A DNA stretch of 64,000 bases from Candidatus Bathyarchaeia archaeon (GTDB lineage Archaea > Thermoproteota > Bathyarchaeia > TCS64): positions 32,001 through 96,000 of the forward strand of contig JBEKDF010000001.1 in the NCBI GenBank assembly GCA_050014495.1, given 5' to 3'. The notes under the pieces were generated by a model. That model searched no databases. It was not told the origin of the DNA and was given only the letters and a program-made list of their open reading frames with translations. Shown piece after piece: positions 38,690-48,587 of the stretch. Both the position numbers and the translations under genes were made by a program. Numbering within the stretch: position 1 is the stretch's first letter; each line of letters opens with the position of its first letter.

Positions 38690-39631
38690 TTGAGGCGTAT
38701 CATCCTCGACACGGATCCAGGCGTCGACGACGCGCTGGCCTTCCTCCTCGCCTTCTCGAGCCCAGAGATTAATGTTGAAGCTGTAACAACGGTCGATGGT
38801 AACGTTGACGTTGATAAGGGGACTCGAAACGCTAGGCAGCTTCTGGAGTTTCTTGGTAGAGGCGATGTCCCAGTGGGGCGTGGCGCATCGCACCCTATGC
38901 TGAGACCCATGGGGAACGCGGAGAGCTTCCATGGCAAGACGGGACTTATGGACGCGGTACTCCCCGAGCCAAAGATGAGGGTGGATAAACGTGGCGCTGC
39001 CCAGCTCATCATTGATGAGGCAAACAGTCTCGGCAAGGAACTCACCCTCGTCGCCATAGGTCCTCTCACCAACATCGCAGCAGCGATTCTCGCAGACCCT
39101 ACAATACCCATGAAGGTGGGTGGTCTCGTCATCATGGGTGGTGCCTTCGGTCTCACCCCTTACGGCTCAGGGAATGCGAACGCTGTCGCCGAGTTCAATA
39201 TTTGGCATGACCCTGACGCGGCTAAGTTAGTCTTCGACAGCGGAATCCCGGTCGCTTGCATCGGACTCGATACCACCACGCACCCCGACTATAGGATGAA
39301 TAAAGTCATGTATAGCGAGATGATCGCAAGGAAGACAAAGCGTTCCAAGCTTATCGAGGGTCTCTGTGGTGCACTCGTGGAGAGGTTTAATGGCTTCAGC
39401 CTACACGACCCTATGGCGATGGCTTACGTCGCGAACCAGACCATGTTTAAGACGGAGAAATATAGGGTTGAGGTCGAAACCACTGGCACTCATACCATAG
39501 GTATGACCGTCGTCGACCGACGTAAGTTCCATCGCGAGGAGAATCAGGGGGCAAGGCACGAGATAATCGTTGAGGTGGATGCACCTCGATTCCTAGAGAT
39601 GATCTCGGAGAGGGTTGGCAAGGGGGGCTAG
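38690..39631 (+). CDS. Nucleoside hydrolase (IUNH family)
   Basis: Motifs DTDPGVDD, GPLTN, MGG, AEFNIWHDP and LHDP. Confidence 0.93.
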   Translation: MRRIILDTDPGVDDALAFLLAFSSPEINVEAVTTVDGNVDVDKGTRNARQLLEFLGRGDVPVGRGASHPMLRPMGNAESFHGKTGLMDAVLPEPKMRVDKRGAAQLIIDEANSLGKELTLVAIGPLTNIAAAILADPTIPMKVGGLVIMGGAFGLTPYGSGNANAVAEFNIWHDPDAAKLVFDSGIPVACIGLDTTTHPDYRMNKVMYSEMIARKTKRSKLIEGLCGALVERFNGFSLHDPMAMAYVANQTMFKTEKYRVEVETTGTHTIGMTVVDRRKFHREENQGARHEIIVEVDAPRFLEMISERVGKGG

Positions 39632-39632
39632 G

Positions 39633-40586
39633 GTGGCCAACCTCATTACCTGCGGCGCTATAAACTGGGACATAAATCTCTTCATGGAGAGACTCCCACG
39701 GGCGGGGGAGGAGGTTCCCGTTAAGGAGATACAGCGTGTTAGTGGCGGCACCGCTGCGAACGTCGCCGTGGCTGCTGCCCGACTCCTCGGAAAAAAGAGG
39801 GTCGCCTTCATAGGCGCTTTGGGTAAGGATGAGATAGCTGACAAACAGAGGAGTATCCTCTGGGAAGAGGGAGTCGACGATTCGGGGCTCCTATTCGTTC
39901 AGGGGGAAGAGTCAGGACAGGCCTATATTAGTATAGGTGGCGATGGTGAGAATGAGATTCACACATATTTTGGGGCCAACCTGAAATTAGATGGTGTATG
40001 CCTTCATGACTCAGAACGGCTCAGGCTAATCAAGGGAGCGAGAGTTTGCGTCATTATGGACCCACCCCTAGAAACTGCGCGGTGTCTAGCAGAAATATGC
40101 CGGGAGCAAGGCGTCACGGTTATATGGGATCCGGGGGTCTACGCCGAGCTTGGCCTCGACGCTCTAACACCCACCTTAGTCAACACAGACTACTTCATTC
40201 TTAACCATCTTGAATATGAGAATCTACTCGGCACGAGTTCGGCTCACGAGATCGCAAGAATGATGCATGAAAAGTTCAGGGGACTTAAATGCATAATCAA
40301 ACATGGCTCGGAGGGATGCACTCTTACACAGGATAGCGTCGGAGCCATGATCCACGTCGACGCGGTGCCACTTGAGAAATTGGGGATGACTGTGGTAAAT
40401 AGGGTGGGATGCGGCGACGCCTTCATCGGGGGTTTTGCCTCGGCGAAGGTCGAGGGACTGGAGGATACGGAGGCGCTCCGCTGGGGGAACGCAGCAGGTA
40501 GCTTTAAGGCGACACGTAAGGAGACACGGGGGGGTCCTTCGAAGGCGCAATTAGAAGACCTAATCGAGAAGTGGAGGCAAATTTGA
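39633..40586 (+). CDS. PfkB family carbohydrate kinase (ribokinase-like)
   Basis: Motifs GGTAANVAV, WDPG, LNHLE and GCGDAF. Confidence 0.9.
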   Translation: MANLITCGAINWDINLFMERLPRAGEEVPVKEIQRVSGGTAANVAVAAARLLGKKRVAFIGALGKDEIADKQRSILWEEGVDDSGLLFVQGEESGQAYISIGGDGENEIHTYFGANLKLDGVCLHDSERLRLIKGARVCVIMDPPLETARCLAEICREQGVTVIWDPGVYAELGLDALTPTLVNTDYFILNHLEYENLLGTSSAHEIARMMHEKFRGLKCIIKHGSEGCTLTQDSVGAMIHVDAVPLEKLGMTVVNRVGCGDAFIGGFASAKVEGLEDTEALRWGNAAGSFKATRKETRGGPSKAQLEDLIEKWRQI

Positions 40587-40587
40587 A

Positions 40588-41058
40588 GTGTATAACAACC
40601 TGCACGGATCAAAACGCGTCTCCGCTTACCTGAACGAGAAGGGGATTCAAAACAGAGTTGTGACCCTCGACGAATCGACGAGAACTAGCCAACTCGCTGC
40701 TGATGCACTTGGATGTACTTTGGCGGAGATAGCGAAGAGCATAGTATTCAAGGGCGGTGAGCAAGCTGTAGTCGTAGTAATCAGTGGTGATAAGCGCGTA
40801 GATGCGAAAAAGGTCTCCGAACTTATAGGCTTCAATGTTGCAAGCGCTGATGCTGACACTGTAAAGGCGATCACTGGCTATGCCATAGGTGGAGTCCCAC
40901 CCTTCCCACATGACGCGAGGGTGAAGGTTCTTCTCGATAGGAGCCTCACTCGGTTCGAGAAGGTCTGGGCCGCAGCGGGCACGCCGAACTCTGTTATAAA
41001 CCTAAATGTCGAGCAGCTAATGGATATCGTTGGCAAATTTGTAGACGTTGCCGCATAG
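40588..41058 (+). CDS. YbaK/EbsC family aminoacyl-tRNA deacylase
   Basis: Motifs IAKS, TGYAIGGVPPF and WAAAG. Confidence 0.9.
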   Translation: MYNNLHGSKRVSAYLNEKGIQNRVVTLDESTRTSQLAADALGCTLAEIAKSIVFKGGEQAVVVVISGDKRVDAKKVSELIGFNVASADADTVKAITGYAIGGVPPFPHDARVKVLLDRSLTRFEKVWAAAGTPNSVINLNVEQLMDIVGKFVDVAA

Positions 41059-41096
41059 TCACACCTATCTTATACACATTTGAGCATTATAGATTC

Positions 41097-41792
41097 ATGT
41101 ACAAAAGGATAGGTATCCTCGGCGGGCTCACTCCAGAGTCGACGGTCCCCTACTACATGCACATCGTCCACAGGTACGAGGAGATTTTTCATAACCACTC
41201 CTATCCAGAGGTCATCATCTTCAGTGTCAGTTTCCAGAAGTTCGACGACTGGATGGAGGTGGAAGACTGGGACAGTATGGAGCTTGAGTTGGCGAAGGGA
41301 TTACAAGCTCTTCATGATGCTGGAGCAGATTTTGCAGTCATCGCTACGAACACGATGCACAACCTATACGAGAAGCTCAACAGAAGAAAAATAATTCCAC
41401 TCCTTAGCCTTGTAGACGCCACAGGAGCCGAAGTGAAAAAGGCGGGGTTAGAGAGGGTTGGCCTAATCGGGACAAGGTTCGCTATGAATAAGCCCTATTA
41501 CCGAGAAGGGCTCGCGAAGTATGGCGTCAAGGTAGTGGTCCCTGATGTGGAGGACCAAGCGTACATAGGCAAGGTGATCTTCGAGGAGCTAAGCTATGGA
41601 ATTCTTAGGGAGGAGAGCCGCAAAGGCTACCTGGAGATCATGGATCGGCTCAAAGCGAAGGGGGCACAGGGGATAATTCTCGGCTGCACGGAGATACCTT
41701 TGCTCATCAAGCAAGAGAATACGAAGATACCTGTCTTTGACACAACGACTATACACGCCGAGGCAACACTTCAGTACGCCTTGAATGGCTAG
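41097..41792 (+). CDS. Aspartate/glutamate racemase family protein
   Basis: Motifs IGILGGL.PEST, ATNTMH and LGCTE. Confidence 0.9.
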   Translation: MYKRIGILGGLTPESTVPYYMHIVHRYEEIFHNHSYPEVIIFSVSFQKFDDWMEVEDWDSMELELAKGLQALHDAGADFAVIATNTMHNLYEKLNRRKIIPLLSLVDATGAEVKKAGLERVGLIGTRFAMNKPYYREGLAKYGVKVVVPDVEDQAYIGKVIFEELSYGILREESRKGYLEIMDRLKAKGAQGIILGCTEIPLLIKQENTKIPVFDTTTIHAEATLQYALNG

Positions 41793-42445
41793 CAGCTTAG
41801 CAGATACCTCAGTTCTGGTAATTCATCAATTATATAGTCGGGGTGTAGGGTCAAAAGTTTCTCTCTGTCATGTGTGCCTGTTGTAATGCCAACGGTATGG
41901 ATGCCTGCTCTGATCCCTGCCTCCAAGCCTATAGTAGTATCCTCGACGAAGACGGCTTCTTTGGGCTTCACTCCGATGCGTTTTAGTGTCTCTTCAATGA
42001 TGTCAGGAGCGGGTTTCGGAGAGGCAACGTCGTTTATCCCGAGGACTAGCTCAAAGTAGCACCTGAGGTGAAGGGTTCTGAGTAAGCGGGAGGCTACATC
42101 ACCGCGCTTCGTGGTGGCGATGCTCTGGAGGAAACCTGCATCCTTGAAGTAAAGGAGGGTCTGAGGTACCCCGGGTAATATTCTGGTCTTCCTCGGCCCG
42201 ATGTCGGAGTATATCTCGACATATCTGTCCCAGCAGGATTGGATTTCTCCATGTTTCTTCGCAGGAAGGACCCTTAGGAACATCTCGGTTAGGGGGAGTC
42301 CAATCATCTCCTCAATCTCCTCCTTGGGACAGCTTGGCTCGTCCTGCTCTTCGATGACGCGGTTGAAAGTCTCGACTATAGCCTCAGTGGAGTCTATAAG
42401 GGTCCCGTCGAGATCGTAGATGACTAAACGTATCCCATGAAGCAC
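41789..42445 (-). CDS. HAD-family hydrolase (PpaX/Gph-like)
   Basis: Motifs YDLDGTLIDS, ATTK, KPAP and VEDT. Confidence 0.87.
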   Translation of the reverse strand: MLHGIRLVIYDLDGTLIDSTEAIVETFNRVIEEQDEPSCPKEEIEEMIGLPLTEMFLRVLPAKKHGEIQSCWDRYVEIYSDIGPRKTRILPGVPQTLLYFKDAGFLQSIATTKRGDVASRLLRTLHLRCYFELVLGINDVASPKPAPDIIEETLKRIGVKPKEAVFVEDTTIGLEAGIRAGIHTVGITTGTHDREKLLTLHPDYIIDELPELRYLLSC

Positions 42446-42523
42446 GACTGGAATAGGGGCATCCGGGCCATTAAATGGTTCCTAGCACTCAACCTTTTTC
42501 CACGCGCCTTCCATCAACTATTC

Positions 42524-42877
42524 ATGAGACACTTTTACCACGCTGAAATTCCCCTTGAGGATATAAAAGCCCCCGCTGTGGGGGCTAGAAGGAGATGGCT
42601 CGTCGATGTTAGCGTTGATTCGCCTAACTTCACGGTGGCCGAAGTTGAGGTCAAGCCGGGTGGCAGCACACTCTATCACTCCCACCCCTATGAACACGCC
42701 ATGTTCATCCTTGAGGGTACAGGTGAAGTGGTCGAGTCCACAGGAACCAGCCCGCTGATGCCATGGGAAGTTCTATACATCATATCCAACGAGTTGCATC
42801 AGATTAGGAACACCGGGGGGAAGATGCTCAAGTTCCTCTCAGTGGAACCAACACAGAAAGAGGAGAAGAAGCCCTAG
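42524..42877 (+). CDS. Cupin domain protein
   Basis: Motif HSHPYEH..FILEG...NELH. Confidence 0.85.
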   Translation: MRHFYHAEIPLEDIKAPAVGARRRWLVDVSVDSPNFTVAEVEVKPGGSTLYHSHPYEHAMFILEGTGEVVESTGTSPLMPWEVLYIISNELHQIRNTGGKMLKFLSVEPTQKEEKKP

Positions 42878-42989
42878 GGTTCTAGGGGCTTTCCGTAAGC
42901 GCGCATTTTTCGGTCATTGTTTTTAGCGCCAATCTGAGTGGAGATATAAGTTTGAAAGAAAACGGTCTGAAGACCTAGTGTAAAATGGT

Positions 42990-43847
42990 TTACTTGGAGG
43001 GCTTCTTCGCATCAACCTTTTCTAGCAGGCTCTTCGCCTGAGCGTTGGCCTTCGCGATTATCTCAGCTGCGGTGTCCGGCGTAATATATCCTGCATCGAT
43101 TGCAACCCTCTTCGCATTCTGGAGAGCCATTGTTACGAGTGTGGGTGTAGTCAATGTGGTGAGGTATTCACCTCTGAGGGCGACCTGGAATGCACCACTC
43201 GCTGCGTCCGTGAGCTGCTTTCTGTAGCTTGGGATGTCGAGTACCAGTTCGGAGCCGGGTATGATAGTTCCCCTTTCGTAGACGGCTTTGAGGCTGAGTC
43301 CACTCTGTGCTGCTTTGATACCGAGTCTCTGGAGGAGGTCCGCCATATCCGCCGTGATCTCGTCACCCTTCTCCGCGACGACCGTGTCCGCGACCACCCA
43401 GATGTTCCCTGCCTCAATGCGGGTTTTTATCCCGAGGCCACCGAATTTACTTATCATAGGGCCTGGACTGATACCCGTGTTTCCTGCGGGTATGGTCAAC
43501 TCCTTGAGTGCTTTGTCCCCGGCCTTGGCGAAACTTTCAACTTTGCTCTTCTCGAGGTTCATCGCCAGCTTGAAGGGGTTCCCGTTGGTGAAGAGGAACA
43601 TGTTCTGCCCCTCCACAGCCTTCATGAACTCCTTCGTGAGTGGCTTCTCCGCCTTCTCCATACTGATCCTCATCAGTGTGTTCTTGACGGTCTTGATCTC
43701 GAGCTGCCCCCTCAGGCTCTTCCTGAGGTCCATAAGCATCCCGCTCTGAACCTTGTAGAGGTCAGCCGCAGCTATGACTTCGTACTTCTTTAGCAAATCT
43801 ACTGTTTTCTCGACAACCGCCGTTTTCTGATCAGATACCTGCGACAT
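42990..43847 (-). CDS. rplJ: 50S ribosomal protein uL10 (P0)
   Basis: Motifs KNTL, NPFKL, AKAG, TGISPGP and LLQRLGI. Confidence 0.94.
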   Translation of the reverse strand: MSQVSDQKTAVVEKTVDLLKKYEVIAAADLYKVQSGMLMDLRKSLRGQLEIKTVKNTLMRISMEKAEKPLTKEFMKAVEGQNMFLFTNGNPFKLAMNLEKSKVESFAKAGDKALKELTIPAGNTGISPGPMISKFGGLGIKTRIEAGNIWVVADTVVAEKGDEITADMADLLQRLGIKAAQSGLSLKAVYERGTIIPGSELVLDIPSYRKQLTDAASGAFQVALRGEYLTTLTTPTLVTMALQNAKRVAIDAGYITPDTAAEIIAKANAQAKSLLEKVDAKKPSK

Positions 43848-43857
43848 TCATGTCACC

Positions 43858-44502
43858 TCAGAACAGCTTGACGGCCTCACCCATGGTCGTCTTCAGGTAG
43901 ATACTCTTGATGTTGGCGTAGCCTCTCTTCGTTGCCCCTACGAGGTTGTTTAGGACAGTTTCGATGTTCTGGGCTACCTGCTCGTCCGTCATGTTCTCTC
44001 GTCCTACCATGCAGTGGCAGAACATCTTGTCCCTGCTCCTCAGCACCACGGCCCGACGCTCACGTTCTATGACGTTGTCGACTGGTGCCTGTGGCGGCAC
44101 TGGGGTAGGCATTTTACCGCGGGGGCCCAAGATGGGTCCGGCTACACGACCAACTGTCGGCATCAACGGCGCCTCGCTAATGAATATGTCGAAGTCCTTG
44201 AGTCTCTTCTTCGCCGCCTTTTTGTCCTTAGCAAGCTCGTTTAGCTCCGCTGGCTCGATGACCTCGTCTGCCCCGCTCCTGCGAGCCCTGAGGGCCAGAT
44301 CGCCACCTGCGAAAACTAGGACCTTCTGCCCACCTATACCGTTGGGGAGCTGAACACGTAGGTTGACCCTGTTCTCGGGACGCTTCATGTCGAGCTCGCG
44401 GAGGTTAATAGCTAACTCGAAGGTCTGCTCGAAGCGACGCTTCTTAGAGGCTTGCCTCGCCTTTGTGATAGCCTCGTTAATATCCTTGCGTTGGAGTGAC
44501 AT
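43858..44502 (-). CDS. rplA: 50S ribosomal protein uL1
   Basis: Motifs RRFEQT.EL.INL, LGPRGKMP and KTTMG. Confidence 0.96.
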   Translation of the reverse strand: MSLQRKDINEAITKARQASKKRRFEQTFELAINLRELDMKRPENRVNLRVQLPNGIGGQKVLVFAGGDLALRARRSGADEVIEPAELNELAKDKKAAKKRLKDFDIFISEAPLMPTVGRVAGPILGPRGKMPTPVPPQAPVDNVIERERRAVVLRSRDKMFCHCMVGRENMTDEQVAQNIETVLNNLVGATKRGYANIKSIYLKTTMGEAVKLF

Positions 44503-44504
44503 AT

Positions 44505-44990
44505 TTAATTCTCCTTTAGCTGGGCATCGTAGGCCCCGCTCTTTATGAGGTCTTGGACCTCCTTGGCGGACTTACCGTCGACCGTAACACCCATGCTATG
44601 ACATGTGCCGAGGACTTCACGCGTCGCCGCTTTAAGGTTAGCTGCGTAGAGACCCGCTCTCTTCTTCTTGGCGACGTCCACGAGCTGGTCGAAGGACAGG
44701 TCACCCACTTTAGCTGAGTGTGGCGTTCCTGAGCCCTTCTGGATACCTACCGCCTGAGTGAGTAGAGCGAATGTGCTGAGCATCCCGACTTTAACAGTGA
44801 ACGCTCTAGTGTCAGTATCTATGAACACATCCACAGGAACGGGTGTCCCCTTGTACTCGTCGGTCTGATTGTTGATCTCGGCGACGATCTGCATGATATT
44901 GACGCCCATCGGGCCAAGCGCTGGACCGATTGGCGGACCACCTGTCGCCCCCCCACCGGGGACGATAAAGTTGAATTTTTTCTCGACCAA
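44505..44990 (-). CDS. rplK: 50S ribosomal protein uL11
   Basis: Motifs GPPIGPALGP and GTCHSMGV. Confidence 0.96.
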   Translation of the reverse strand: MVEKKFNFIVPGGGATGGPPIGPALGPMGVNIMQIVAEINNQTDEYKGTPVPVDVFIDTDTRAFTVKVGMLSTFALLTQAVGIQKGSGTPHSAKVGDLSFDQLVDVAKKKRAGLYAANLKAATREVLGTCHSMGVTVDGKSAKEVQDLIKSGAYDAQLKEN

Positions 44991-44992
44991 AC

Positions 44993-45445
44993 CTAGTTAG
45001 CTCCTTTAACCTCCCGGACATAGTCGGCGTGAACGGTTATCGGCAGGCTAAAAGCCGCCTCCAAGATCTCGATTGTAACTTCCTCCTTGGAGGTATCCAC
45101 GCGCACCACTCTCGCCTGCATTCCCTTGAAGGGCCCAGCTACCACGTCCACAAGGGTGCCCTCAGCCAAGCCCTCAATTGCCGGCTTCGTCTCCAAGTAG
45201 TGCTCGACCTCTTGAGGCGAGACGGTTCCTTGGATGCGCTCCCTTGCGTATCGGACGCCCCGAATAAGCTCATCAACCATGTGAGGATTGACGCTTTCAA
45301 CGATTATGTAGCCCTTCAGCTCCGACGGCGCGAGTATGGCGAGTATAGCTATATGCTCGATCTTCGCCTTATCGGCTAGCATATCAGCTACTGTCCTCTC
45401 CTGGCCGTTTGTGACCTTCACCGCGTAAAGCTGGGTCTGGGGCAT
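44993..45445 (-). CDS. spt5: Transcription elongation factor Spt5/NusG
   Basis: Motifs GQE, KGYIIVE and KOW GPFKG. Confidence 0.94.
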   Translation of the reverse strand: MPQTQLYAVKVTNGQERTVADMLADKAKIEHIAILAILAPSELKGYIIVESVNPHMVDELIRGVRYARERIQGTVSPQEVEHYLETKPAIEGLAEGTLVDVVAGPFKGMQARVVRVDTSKEEVTIEILEAAFSLPITVHADYVREVKGAN

Positions 45446-45546
45446 GTCTGGCACATCTGCCACGTCCGGTTGCACCGTAAGCGTAAGTGGATGGCTAATA
45501 TTAATATTGCTGAACCTAGAAAACGTAGCCACTTGGAATGGCTTAT

Positions 45547-45720
45547 TTAACCGACTGGCTGCAGGACAACAGCGACGAGACGTATAATGTAACCGATAGC
45601 CCCGAGAATGACGATGCCTAGTAGCACAATCTTCATGCTTTGGCTGAAAGTTTTCCAGTCAGGCCTGTTGATCGTAACAAGAAGCCTTTTAGCGCTATCG
45701 ATGAATTCCCTAATTCCCAT
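45547..45720 (-). CDS. secE: Protein translocase subunit SecE / Sec61-gamma
   Basis: 57-aa ORF MGIREFIDSAKRLL...RPDWKTF...GIVILGAIGYII between ftsY and spt5. Not in the ORF track. Confidence 0.9.
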   Translation of the reverse strand: MGIREFIDSAKRLLVTINRPDWKTFSQSMKIVLLGIVILGAIGYIIRLVAVVLQPVG

Positions 45721-45761
45721 GAGCTATCGCCCTTTTGAGGGGTGCACTAGCTTTAAATTCT

Positions 45762-46673
45762 TTACGAATCTCCGAGGAGCTTCTCAGCGAACCAACCCGC
45801 ATCGAAGGGCTGTAGGTCATCGTATCCCTGCCCGACACCGATATAGATGATCGGTTTCCCCGTGAGAAAGCTCACACTAAGGCTAGATCCACCCTTAGCG
45901 TCTGCGTCCACCTTGGTGAGGATGACCGCGTCGAAGCCAACTGCCTTATTGAAGCTGAGGGCCTGCTCCGTCGCGTCGTTCCCGATGAGACTGTCAATGA
46001 TCATGATGGTAAGATCAGGCCCGACTACGCGTTTGATCTTCGTCAACTCGTCCATCAGGTTACGGTTCGTCTGCATCCTCCCAGCGGTGTCTATAAGGAC
46101 AGCGTCTACTCCCCTTGCCTTGGCATATTGGATGGTGTCATAGCCTACTGAAGCAGCGTCGCTGCCGTATTGATGCTTGATAACCTTGACGCCTAGACGC
46201 CTCGCATGCTCCTCGAGTTGCTCAATGGCCCCCGCACGGTATGTGTCCCCGGAGGCGATCACAACGCTGAAGCCGTTCTTCTGGAGTAGCCTTGTGACTT
46301 TGGCAATGCTCGTGGTCTTTCCTGTGCCGTTTATGCCTACAAACATAATGACATAGGGACGACCTTGACTCTTACTCTCCCCGACAGCTTTGACGACATC
46401 TACCCCCTTCCCTGTCTGCATTACAGACTCTATCGACTCCTTGAGCGCCTTCTTAACCAGGTCAGATTTGCTTCCAAATCGGTTAGCCTCCTCTCCCTTT
46501 AGGCGCTCCTTGAGCTCCTCGCAGACCTTCTCCGCGACCTGAACAGAGACATCGTTTCCTATGAGCTGCATCTGGAGGTCCCAGACTAGAGGTTCAAGGT
46601 CCTTCTCGGTTAAACCCGTCTTAGAAATCTTCTCAACTATGCCCTTGAGACCCTGTTTGAGCCTATCGAACAT
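45762..46673 (-). CDS. ftsY: SRP receptor FtsY
   Basis: Motifs GINGTGKTT, DTYRAGA, DTAGR and TKVDADAKGG. Confidence 0.96.
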   Translation of the reverse strand: MFDRLKQGLKGIVEKISKTGLTEKDLEPLVWDLQMQLIGNDVSVQVAEKVCEELKERLKGEEANRFGSKSDLVKKALKESIESVMQTGKGVDVVKAVGESKSQGRPYVIMFVGINGTGKTTSIAKVTRLLQKNGFSVVIASGDTYRAGAIEQLEEHARRLGVKVIKHQYGSDAASVGYDTIQYAKARGVDAVLIDTAGRMQTNRNLMDELTKIKRVVGPDLTIMIIDSLIGNDATEQALSFNKAVGFDAVILTKVDADAKGGSSLSVSFLTGKPIIYIGVGQGYDDLQPFDAGWFAEKLLGDS

Positions 46674-47109
46674 TGGCGGCCCCACCCTGAAGCTCGGCCG
46701 AGAGCCGATTCCCGACTTCCTGATGACTCTGCATCTGGGCTAGAACCTGCCCCAGCTGCTCTTCGACGGAGGCCAGTGTCTTCTCAACCTCCTCGAGACG
46801 TTTATTGACGTCATCAAGGGCCTTTGGGAGCTCCATCTCGATGGAGACATCAGCCCCGACGCCAACTATCACTTTATCAATAGGACCCATTTTGGCATGA
46901 ATGAACGCCGCGCCACCGATGGGTACAAGCATAGGTGTTTCAGGTTGCAGTGCCTTCATGTCGTTAAGGCTCTGCTGACTCACACTCAGCTCCGTCTGGA
47001 CGCTGGTGAGTATCTGGAGCCTTTGTTGAAGGACTTGTGCAGTACTCTCCATCATCTGTAACTCATATAGAATCCTACGTAGCTGGTCCTCTTTATTCTG
47101 GGAGGCCAA
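46663..47109 (-). CDS. pfdA: Prefoldin subunit alpha
   Basis: Coiled coils flanking LVPIGG...VGVGA, with conserved context. Confidence 0.92.
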   Translation of the reverse strand: MASQNKEDQLRRILYELQMMESTAQVLQQRLQILTSVQTELSVSQQSLNDMKALQPETPMLVPIGGAAFIHAKMGPIDKVIVGVGADVSIEMELPKALDDVNKRLEEVEKTLASVEEQLGQVLAQMQSHQEVGNRLSAELQGGAANVR

Positions 47110-47113
47110 ACTT

Positions 47114-47323
47114 CTACCCTACCTTCTCCGGCTGGACCTCTTCTACGCTGAAAATGGTTATCTGATTGCGTTTAGCACGATGGCGGCTACCCATCTCGGC
47201 GTAGACCCGCTCGACTGCGTGCTCCATCTTCACTGCTCTAATCTCCTGGTTGAAAGCCATAGGAACGAAGAACTTCTGCTTGTTTATCTCACCCTTTACA
47301 CGAAATACCTTGACATCGCTCAT
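47114..47323 (-). CDS. rplX: 50S ribosomal protein eL20 (LX)
   Basis: Motifs FRVKG and AVERVYAEMGSRH. Confidence 0.92.
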   Translation of the reverse strand: MSDVKVFRVKGEINKQKFFVPMAFNQEIRAVKMEHAVERVYAEMGSRHRAKRNQITIFSVEEVQPEKVG

Positions 47324-47613
47324 TCCTTCTTCTCAGCCTCCGTCTGCTTTACGTCCTCCGTCTCAGCCATTGTTATGGTGACCATTCCTTCGTCGTCCTT
47401 CGTCATCCTTACCCTAATCTTATGAGGCGGGCTCTTTATTCCCCTCGCCCAGATAGCCTCGTTGACGGTAGTATCGACGCTGATATCCTTCGCCTTCATG
47501 TGACGGACAGCGAACGCTTTGAGTACCATCATAGCTCTTTCGCTTCGCCTATACCTTTGGGCGTTCCATGCTTCCTTAAGAGGAACCGTATAGATGCGTT
47601 CCTGCTCAGACAT
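47320..47613 (-). CDS. rpl31e: 50S ribosomal protein eL31
   Basis: Motifs ERIYTVPL, RHMK and NEAIWARG..PP.KIRV. Confidence 0.95.
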   Translation of the reverse strand: MSEQERIYTVPLKEAWNAQRYRRSERAMMVLKAFAVRHMKAKDISVDTTVNEAIWARGIKSPPHKIRVRMTKDDEGMVTITMAETEDVKQTEAEKKE

Positions 47614-47619
47614 GTTTCA

Positions 47620-47778
47620 TCAGTCCTTGAGCTTCCTCGTACGCCATGCACGCACACTCTTTGGGCTCCAGCGTACTTTACCGTTGGTTTTTGCTATGAT
47701 CCAAGCTGGAACCGACCTACTGGACTTTCCCGCCTTTATTAGGCGAAGCTTATACGCTAGAGGCTTGTTCCTTGCCAT
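47620..47778 (-). CDS. rpl39e: 50S ribosomal protein eL39
   Basis: 52-aa [16 protein letters not shown]...VPAWIIAKT...RAWRTRKLK. Not in the ORF track. Confidence 0.92.
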   Translation of the reverse strand: MARNKPLAYKLRLIKAGKSSRSVPAWIIAKTNGKVRWSPKSVRAWRTRKLKD

Positions 47779-47780
47779 CG

Positions 47781-48119
47781 TTAAACTCTCCTTATGCTAA
47801 TGTCCCTCTTCTTTTGTTGCCCCTCTATCTGGACGAGAAGCTTCTTCAGCTGGTCGTCCGTAATGGGGAGGGGAACCCTGCCTGTTTGTGCTAGCTGGAC
47901 TAGCTCGAGTTCGAGCTGCTTGCCGAACTCTTGGCGGACCATCTTTATATTTGCGAGTCTTTGCCGGGCCTCGGGAGTCAGTAGTCTACGCATCAGCGTC
48001 TGCTTCTGGGCCTCAGCTTCAGCTGCGGCTCGCTGCTGTTCAGCACCCTGCTGCTGTCTGGCTTGAAGCTCGGCCATTCGCTGGGCTTTGAGCCTCTCAA
48101 GCTCTTCGTCCCCCGACAT
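47781..48119 (-). CDS. PDCD5-like DNA-binding protein
   Basis: Motifs [14 protein letters not shown] and ITDDQLK, with conserved context. Confidence 0.92.
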   Translation of the reverse strand: MSGDEELERLKAQRMAELQARQQQGAEQQRAAAEAEAQKQTLMRRLLTPEARQRLANIKMVRQEFGKQLELELVQLAQTGRVPLPITDDQLKKLLVQIEGQQKKRDISIRRV

Positions 48120-48131
48120 CTATGACCACGC

Positions 48132-48587
48132 CTAGATTGCCTTTAGCTCTGGCTTCTCCCTATCCAGGTCCTTTTTTATCTGGGTAGACATAGCATCGAG
48201 TAAACTCCGCCCCTTCTTGCTGACGACACGGCCAGACTTTTCTACCTTGTCTACGAGGCCAGCTTTCTCGAGCTGCTGAAGTGAGAGGCGAATGATACTA
48301 CCACCAGCTTTCCTGTGGTGAGCTGGTGAATCACCCTTCCTCTTCCGACCACCGTACTCCTTCCTCAGCCTTTGGATCCCGATAGGACCCTCCATATAGA
48401 GCTTTCTGAGTAGGGAAGCGGTCCTGACGTACCACCAGTCCGGCACCTGCGGTACCCTCTCGACGTGACTTCCCGTCTTCACGTGGGCTGCCCACTCAGG
48501 AGGCGTAACTTCTTTGATGTTCTCCTTGATGTAGCCGCTAAGTTTCCCTATGAGCACGTCCGCTGGTACGTCGTAAGCTGTCGTCAT
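48132..48587 (-). CDS. rps19e: 30S ribosomal protein eS19
   Basis: Motifs PEWA..VKTG, DWWYVR.AS and LQQLE.AG. Confidence 0.96.
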   Translation of the reverse strand: MTTAYDVPADVLIGKLSGYIKENIKEVTPPEWAAHVKTGSHVERVPQVPDWWYVRTASLLRKLYMEGPIGIQRLRKEYGGRKRKGDSPAHHRKAGGSIIRLSLQQLEKAGLVDKVEKSGRVVSKKGRSLLDAMSTQIKKDLDREKPELKAI

